Both the position numbers and the translations under genes were made by a program. From positions 19,096,001 through 19,160,000 of the forward strand of contig NC_043012.1 of the NCBI RefSeq assembly GCF_006345805.1: a DNA stretch of 64,000 bases. The letters are read 5' to 3'. The notes beneath the pieces are model-generated. The model was not told the DNA's origin. It did not search any database and worked only from the letters and a program-made list of their open reading frames with translations. The stretch is from Octopus sinensis (Eukaryota). This document shows positions 56,325-64,000 of the stretch, one piece after another; positions within the stretch are counted from its first letter, which is position 1; every line of letters starts with the position of its first letter.

Positions 56325-56705
56325 TTTCTTTAGTCTTTTATTTGTTTCAGTCATTTGACTGCGGCCATGATTGAGCACCGTCATGTTTTGTAAGCTTGGT
56401 AATTATCCAATCGGTCTCTTTTGACACACCGCTAAGTTACAGGGAACATAAATACACCAACATCGGTTGTCAAGCGATGTTGGGGCAAACACAGACACAC
56501 AAACATACATACCCACACACCCACACGCACATATATATATATATATATATAATATATATATATATATATTCATAGTCATATATATACGACGGTCTTCTTT
56601 CAGGTTTCGTGTACCAAATGCACTCACAAGGCTTCGGTCGGCCCGAGCTATAGTAAAAAGGCACTTGCCCAAGGTACCACGCGGTGGGACTGAACCAGGA
56701 ACCAT
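56325..56705 (-). mobile_element. SINE family B
   Basis: TTTCAGTCATTTGACTGCGGCCATG (reverse complement of the tail), CATCGGTTGTCAAGCGATG, an internal (TA)n tract, and CACTTGCCCAAGGTACCACGCGGTGGGACTGAACC. Confidence 0.88.
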
Positions 56706-57010
56706 ATATCTATATATGTGTTTGGACGGATGCACTCCACAATGTCCGATACGATAAATTTTGGTTAGCAATGCATCAATCTCATCGGGAAGGATGTAAA
56801 TAACAAACCCATCAAACAGACATGTTGACAGAAATAGAAAGTCCTGTAAAATGTAACATATTTACATTTATTCACACACACACACACACACTTACACACA
56901 CGCATTACATACCTACTAAAGAACACAAACGTATACAAACACATATTCATAGACACGCATTAATATACATACGCATACGTATAGTTTTTGTGTATGTGTG
57001 TGTATATATA

Positions 57011-57211
57011 TATTGAATTTCTAACATGATCATCATACATCTTAAGTATTAACGCTTTCGAATTTCTCAACCAGTCGCACGGTTGTTGTAATTAACCGTA
57101 TTGATATCGAACTCATGAATTCAACTTGATTTTACTAATTATAACACGGCACCACTTTATTTGAACTGCTTACAAAATTACTTGTTTTTTATACTACATT
57201 TGAAACTATAT
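57011..57211 (+). repeat. ~200-bp direct repeat, copy 1 (copy 2 at 59958-60190)
   Basis: Both copies share TCTTAAGTATTAACGCTTTCGAATTTCTCAACC and TTTTACTAATTATAACACGGCACCACTTTATTTGAACTGCTTACAAAATTACTTGTTT. Confidence 0.92.
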
Positions 57212-57288
57212 ATGTGCATATACATATATGTATATATATATATATATATATAATATATATATATATTATATATATATATATATATATT

Positions 57289-57319
<31 letters not shown>

Positions 57320-57377
57320 GCATATTCATATACAGATATATATATATATATATATGCATATTCATATACATGTATAT

Positions 57378-57424
<47 letters not shown>

Positions 57425-57472
57425 GTACGCACACTCACACACACACACACACACATATATAAATATATATTA

Positions 57473-58161
57473 GGAGGGTGAGTCAAAAAGTAATGGCATT
57501 TTCATAAACATAACTGAAAATCTTCCCAGTTGTAAGTGCTTATATCATTTATGTTCTGAAATATTTTGTTTCTTACCTTTCAGATTTTAGACTGGTATGG
57601 AAAATTGAAAATGGCTGCCCCCTTACAGTTATGTCAAAAACAAATTGCAGTGATTGAATTTCTTGTTGCTGAGGAGGAAACCCCTGTGAACATTCGCCGA
57701 CAATTACAAAATATCTTTTAGAGCAATGTATGCAAGTGGGTCCGTCGTCTGAAAGATGAAAATGTGGGAACTGTGAGTGTAGCCGATAAACCCCGTTCTG
57801 GCCGGTTGTCCGCTTCTGTAAATCCTGCCAAGAAAGCAAACCACCAGATTTAACACCTTCAGACTATCATCTTTTAAGCCCAATGGAAAAGGGTTTGAGA
57901 GGCAAACATTATTCTCGTGACCAGGAAGTGACAACTGTAGTGAAGATGTGGCTCAAAGAACAGTCAACAGAAGTTTACGGGGCAAGTTTACAGGCACTCA
58001 TTCGAAGTTGGAACATTGGTATTGAGAGAAACGGTGATTATGTTGAGCAGTAGGGATGTGATCCAAATAGGGCAAGCTTCATTTTGATGTATGATACATG
58101 TTCCTGTGTTGGTAATTATACCTGTCCTAAACTAATGGCACAACTTTTTGACTCACCCTCG
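57473..58161 (+). mobile_element. Internally deleted mariner element (689 bp) with TIRs and TA target duplication
   Basis: TA|GGAGGGTGAGTCAAAAAGTAATGGCATT ... AATGGCACAACTTTTTGACTCACCCTCG|TA. The N-terminal HTH region MAAPLQLCQKQIAVIEFLVAEEETPVNIRRQL..VCKWVRRLK..KPRSGR (ATG 57611) is joined to the C-terminal PDLTPSDYHLLSPMEKGLRGKHY..ERNGDYVEQ* (58051-58053). Confidence 0.93.
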
Positions 58162-58622
58162 TATATATATATATATATATACAAACACAAACACGCATGC
58201 ATATATATTCAATTACATACATATATAAGCTGAAATACACTTACCGACATATCCATCTATATTTATACATTTACTCGTACATATTCTCGCGGCAACAACA
58301 TAGAAACATAAATATGCTAAAGTATACGTTTACGATCACATACTTATACATATAAACAAGCGGCCATTTACATCGACAGAAACGCACAATGGTATACGTT
58401 ATTATTCATTCACAAAATACTTGCAGACGAAGAGGGACGCTAGGATTTTAATATGACGTTATCGAAGCGCACTAGATATTGTGAAGAAGATATGTAGAAT
58501 GAGTGTGAGGGGAAAAGCAAAAATGAAAATAAGGATAAAATAAATTAATCAGAGAGAGGAGAGGAACAGGCAAATCGTAATTTTTTGCCATACACATACA
58601 CACACTTACACACACACACACG

Positions 58623-58729
<107 letters not shown>

Positions 58730-59747
58730 CTACATTAGAATCCAATTGAAATATGATTTATTTACTTCCGAGAATGGCGATTAATTACGGAAATTATAAT
58801 AGATATTGCCATGAAATGAACGCACTCTTAGCATATAGAAGCAATTATCTGCGTAGTGAGTGCATATAGTGTAGAACGACGAACGTGTGACGGCCGTTGT
58901 AAAAGCTGAGTTCAAACGAATATATCGAGAATGAAATGAATGGAACATAAAAATATTTTTAAAAGAGGAAAAATGAAAATATAAAATAGCAACGAAAAGA
59001 AATTAAATTAAAAATTATAGAGGCAGGCATTCAAATAATTATAAAGTGTACAGGCATAAAAATATAAACGTGTGTATACAAATATAAGAAATGCATATTG
59101 TATTATCTAAAACGAAGACATATACAAAAATAGACTGGGAAATTAATAAACACCTTAAATAATTCTAAGGAAATGACCGGTAGGATAAAAATATGCTAAT
59201 TAGTATACGGAGGTAAGAAATAGTTTTCTATGAATATTGGATTTGTGTCAAATACTATGCTAAAATTGATAATATGAAATATAGTAAAAAATATGTTGTA
59301 AGTTGAAGCTGTAGAAATTAATGAAAGAAGAAAATATATAGAAAATATATTGAAACCTATTTCAGTCTACAAGATTCCTAAATGTACACAAAGACATATA
59401 AAAGTAATGTAAAAAAAAAACAAAAAAAAACAGAAGACAAAGAGTTTTCGAAAGCATACGAGAATAGGCAGAAATTTGGTGTGTTGGGGTGTGTAGCGTT
59501 GGATAAAATGTTTGGTGGTATCTTGTTTGCTACTACTCTATAGTCTGTGTTCCAATCATTATGCAGACAGCTTCGCATTTTTACTGTTTCGAAATCGGCA
59601 AAAGCAGAGTAAGTGTTGAGGGTTACGGGTCAGTGGAACTGTTTGTACACTGAATGTGAGGTCCTGTGTAGCAATGAGTTTCTGTTCAAGAAAGTTCTCT
59701 TAAAAGGGAAATTCTTGCACTGATCCTTCCACAACAACAATATATAT

Positions 59748-59930
59748 AGGGAGAGTTTACGAAAAAAACAAAAGATGAAGACAGGTGGTGTACAAAACAA
59801 ACAGATGTATTAGTATAACGCTCAGGAATAGAAAAAGTCTTTTACGTTTCGAGCCTACGCTCTTCTACAGAAAGGGACACAGAAAAAAACAAGGAGAGAG
59901 AAAAAATGCGTGTAGTGGCTAACGATGGGG
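59748..59930 (-). mobile_element. Short Penelope-pLTR-like element with a hammerhead-like motif
   Basis: Minus strand: CTTT-CTGTAGA-A-GAGC-GTAG-GCTC-GAAA-CG-TA-AAAG (59874-59839). The downstream CTGAGCGT..CTAATACA..CACCTGTCTTC matches 32851-32888. Confidence 0.7.
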
Positions 59931-59957
59931 AAACGAATTTCATCTGTTTTAATCCGT

Positions 59958-60190
59958 TATTGAATTTCTAACATAACCACCATACGTCTTAAGTATTAAC
60001 GCTTTCGAATTTCTCAACCTGATTCTTAGAGTTACAGCCGCACAGTGGTTGTAATTAACCTTAGTGATATCGAACTCATGAATTCGCCCTTCTTAATTTA
60101 ACTTGCATTTTACTAATTATAACACGGCACCACTTTATTTGAACTGCTTACAAAATTACTTGTTTGTTATACTACACTTTAAACTGTATA
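59958..60190 (+). repeat. ~230-bp direct repeat, copy 2
   Basis: Homologous to 57011-57211, with two extra ~15-bp segments. Confidence 0.92.
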
Positions 60191-61847
60191 TATATATACA
60201 TATTTTGTTTTGTTTTTGTGTGACAGACTTTGGACTGCTTCCAATAAATGTCTAAAATGTTACCATTTACACAAACATATATTTGGAAATTATGGTAAAA
60301 TTTCCATCTTTCTTTGCTTCCTTCAACTACCCTTGTGTATCATTCATCGATTCTTGGAATGTGTTGTTCTTCGCTAAACTATTTTTCTGAATTATTTGCA
60401 ATTAAGGAACTATTTTATCGTATTTGCAATGATGAAATACATTATATTTTGTGATATAAAATTTCCATACTTTAAATAAAATGGTTTCTTTAAAAGTTCC
60501 CACTTCAGTACCAAGCTCCCAGGAATCATTGGGGAAAATGAAGATGTATGATATTTGACGTACGGTGCACTTGCTTTTAAAGGATTCGGAGCTGTGGAAG
60601 ATTAGTCTGGCTCCCTAATAGACGAAAAATCAGGTACCACAAGAACAAAAATTACAATTATAATAATTGCCTCTAATTTCGGCGCAAGGACAAAAATATT
60701 GAATGGAAAGGTTTCATTGATGCAATTGACTGCACTAATTTAACTAATATTTTGCCATTTCTTGTCCGAAATAATGAAATACAAAATAAATTGACCTTCG
60801 CCTTACTTGTAAAGAGCCGTAAAAAAAATATTGCAAATAATTTTCTCTATAACCTTCTTCTTTATTACCCTCAAATTTGTTTCCACGTTAGCGCTTAATA
60901 ACAAGTGATGTAATACAACCTCCATATTGTTTTTGCCCAACCAAGGAAATGCATAGAAAACTTTTCATACCACTCTTTTCAAAGCTCTTTTATTTCTATT
61001 GCAGAAGAGCAGCATTTTCCTTCATTCGACAGATTTCTTTGCTAAGTTTGCCTCGTTCGGATTAAGATGTTAAAATGCATATTGATTTACTTATCGTTTC
61101 TCAATCAAAATACTCAGGTTGATTAAAATTTTATACGGGAAGCTGAAAAAATATCATCCTCGAATCGACAATATTGATAGAATGTAAACTATTTACATTT
61201 ACATATGTTAACCTTAGTAAGCAGTAACTTCTGCTTTAGTAATCCGTTTTGGCATAACTACCTCATAGATATGCCAAACAATAATAGTTTGTAATTCATG
61301 CTTGAATTCTTTAAAGCACAGAAATATCTTTGATATCACCACTGAAATTTAGTTGCCGAACCCTGTACGGATTACTATCAAACAAAAAAAAGTATGTTAA
61401 CATAGTTTTCTTTTGTAGGTGGGTGAATTGTGTAATGAATGTGCATAGCTTTCCATACTGAAAAAAAAAAAACAGTAGAAATACTTTCAAAAGATTTTGT
61501 AATTACCCAAATAAGAACAGTCAGTTTCATGCTAGTTGCAGACGAGAGAAGGTTTTGAAGAGTTTACTGATGTCATTGTAATTTTTATTGGACAATATTG
61601 AAGATTATTCCACATGAAAAACTTTTCTACGTATTACCTGATTTTATTTTCTTTCAGAGAAATCAAACACTCCCTTTGCTTTGTTTCCTCATATTTAAAT
61701 ATGAGTCTATAAGTGTGCTCTGAGTTATTTCCAGCCATTTACTTGTTGACGCTTTCTGCACCGTTCAATTTGTTGGGTGAAAGAAATAAGAACCCCCGGA
61801 TCTCGAAATTCGTTCGAATTAATGAGGAAAGGAATATATATTTTATA

Positions 61848-62200
61848 TTTTACTTGTTTCAGTCATTAGAAAGAGGCCATGCGGGGGCATCACCCTGGAG
61901 AATTTTTAGTCCAATGTGTCGGCCCCGCTACTTAATTTTTAAACGTCTTGTAATTACTTCATCTCTTTCTTTTGCAGAATAACTATGCTACGAGAACGTA
62001 AACACGTCAGCACCGGTTGGCCGGCAGGTTTCTGCGGATAAATACAGACTCAAACACACACGACGGGCTTCTTTCAGTTTCCGTCTCCGAAATTTACTCA
62101 GAAGGATTTGATCGGCCACAAGCTATAGTAGAAGAAAATTGCCCACGGTGCTATGCAGTGGTACTGAAACCCAGACCGTGTGGTTGGGAAGCAATCTTCT
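61848..62200 (-). mobile_element. SINE family B
   Basis: TTTTACTTGTTTCAGTCATT...GGCCATGCGGGGGCATCACC...CGACGGGCTTCTTTCAGTTTCCGTCT...GGTTGGGAAGCAATCTTCTTA. Confidence 0.85.
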
Positions 62201-62253
62201 TTATTTCATTAAATTTGCTATAAAGGCCTTACCTATTGAAAGAAGGAAGCGGC

Positions 62254-63790
62254 GGGCTGGACACAGACATAATGTTATATGAGATTAAAAGTGAAAATGA
62301 TGATTAATGGGGGAAACAGACAACGGCAACCGATTAGTGTTTCCCGAAACCATTGTTCGCTTATTTATCATACATGAGGCAATAAACCTCTTACAATTGT
62401 TCATAATTGTTCGTTAAAACACAAAAAAATACATTGGTAAAAAACAGAATGAGGTTTCAAACCTCTTATCAGATTACGATATCGAGGCTTTCCAACCTCT
62501 TACCTATAGATCGCTTCAATATCGCTTGTGACCACATAGCGAGCCATTTCCCACGCTTTACTCAAGTACAATGCAGGGTAACGTGTTGGGGCCACCCGGC
62601 CACAATCGATATTCCTCATTGAACTTCTTCATCTTTGCAACATGAGCAACTTTATGGCCTCCACGGATATCTGCGGAGGCTATTCGTGATCCCGTGTGCA
62701 GGTCATAATTGTTCCCTCATGGTGCTTCTCCAACACCTTCTCCACTTCTCCGCCTCGGTAAAAGAAGACAAGTAATTTTTCTTCAGGGGACGAGGTAGGG
62801 ACTTTCACCGTCGGGGAACAATTACCACCGGCGATGGCTCAATACTCGTCGGTGGCACATTTCCTACCAACAAAGTTCCGGGACATTCTGGTATTGTGTC
62901 TCCGACTGTATTGTGTCCCGTTTCTCTTTTTCTTCATTTTTCCCCTCTTAACTGAGGAAGGGTGGGTTTCCTCCGTGACCGGGAGATCCGCCTCCCCTCC
63001 CTTATCCCTAGGATCCTTCGGTTAGCACCTGTTGTTGCTCACCTTCTTCCTCTTGCGGACCTCCGCCTCCTCGACCGCCTCTGTTCCCTCTCTACAGTGG
63101 TCTCAACCAACTGCTCTAGGACCTTGCTTTGGTCCTGGAGGCAGTTCTGTTTTGTATTGCCAGGTTCCACACACGGATAATAATTGGGGTGCGGCTGACC
63201 CTCAAGAATCACCGGGTACCTGCTCCCACCCAAAACCCCGGCGGATAGTGTTCTCTACCCAGTCTGGTTTTAAATTCAGTGGCAACCCACAAACCCAAGC
63301 CTGCATCAGTTTTCTCACACAATAGGTTATTGCCCCCCAGGGCTGGCTCTAAAAATGTGATGCTCCTCAGGGGTGTCAAATAGCAATCAAATAATTGCAT
63401 ATCCGACACCCCGGGCAAGAAACGTATCAGTAGGTAGATAGTCATCCAGTTGGTAGATTGTCCTATTACTTCTTTGGAGAAAATGTCAATGGCGTCGAGA
63501 ACCTTCGAATACGTTCCTAACACCACAGTCTTCTCCTCTTACTGTTTAATCAACTCTTTCGGTTGGATAATCTCCAACCGAAAGACATTCTTTTATGCCA
63601 TGCTTTTTTTTTAATGCTCACTTAATTGTTCAACACAATTTATGAAAAATAAAGAATTAAAAACAAAATCCAAAAAAGCAATTAGAAAGAGGACAAGAGA
63701 AAAAACATAAAGACAGAAGAAATAAGAAGATATGTAAAAAAAAAAGTTCTGCACGACGACAGTTCTTTGCACAGGGATAGTTCGAATCAC
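62254..63790 (-). mobile_element. Degenerate Tx1/L1-like ORF1 (gag-like) element with a short 3' UTR and no ORF2
   Basis: GC-rich minus-strand coding remnant from ATG 63601: MA*KNVFRLEIIQPKELIKQ*EEKTVVLGTYSK... It includes a decayed zinc knuckle VILEGQPHPN-YYPCVEPGNTKQNC (C-x2-C-x4-H-x4-C pattern), a charged linker, and PEEKLLVFFYRGGEVEK...YPALYLSKAWEMARY..IYR* (stop ~62500). It ends in TCTGTGTCCAGCCC, like the Tx1 3' end. Confidence 0.62.
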
Positions 63791-64000
63791 TGCAGCAACT
63801 TGAAAAAATTAAATTCCGGACAACCGGTATTCCTGGCGCTTGTAGTTTCCAAAAAAGGTACTTCAGTTGAATCGGGGACTCAGTAGCAGGAACAAATATA
63901 ATTTGTCATTAAATTGTAAATACACAGTGAAGAAAATTTTGTTTTTCCACAGCAGCAAAAAGAATTCCACAGTTTATGGCGCAGAGGATCTGCCCACCAA

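Noticed and set aside
62376-62502. Repeated palindromes with variable spacers, superficially CRISPR-like
   Set aside because: There are only three short inexact units with unequal spacing, in a eukaryotic retroelement context with no cas genes.

Overview
AT-rich eukaryotic genomic DNA, not prokaryotic. It is packed with (TA)n, (CA)n, (TATC)n and trinucleotide microsatellites and with tRNA-derived SINEs of the kind typical of octopus genomes; the octopus assignment is my inference from repeat recognition, not a search result. I could not support any host protein-coding exon, so the window looks intronic or intergenic, and nearly all listed ORFs are microsatellite translations. The recognisable coding remnants are all transposons: an R4/Dong-type REL LINE end (~345-790), a probable MULE fossil (~1740-2330), an RTE C-terminal zinc-finger remnant (~10587-10870), a decayed maT/DD37D-like Tc1/mariner element (~14177-15370), an internally deleted mariner with intact TIRs (57473-58161), a young 5'-truncated Tx1/L1-clade LINE inside a (TATC)n array (51527-52704), and an apparently ORF1-only Tx1-like element (~62254-63790, minus). 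Two signals stand out. (1) The Tx1 LINE, a Nin-domain-type tRNA-SINE and the ORF1-only element share 3'-terminal sequence, which suggests one autonomous LINE with two classes of parasite. (2) At least four loci carry minimal hammerhead-ribozyme-like motifs of Penelope pLTR type, in short non-coding elements that mostly sit in (TA)n tracts. There is also a ~280-bp foldback hairpin (25510-25788) and a 100-N scaffold gap (46031-46130).
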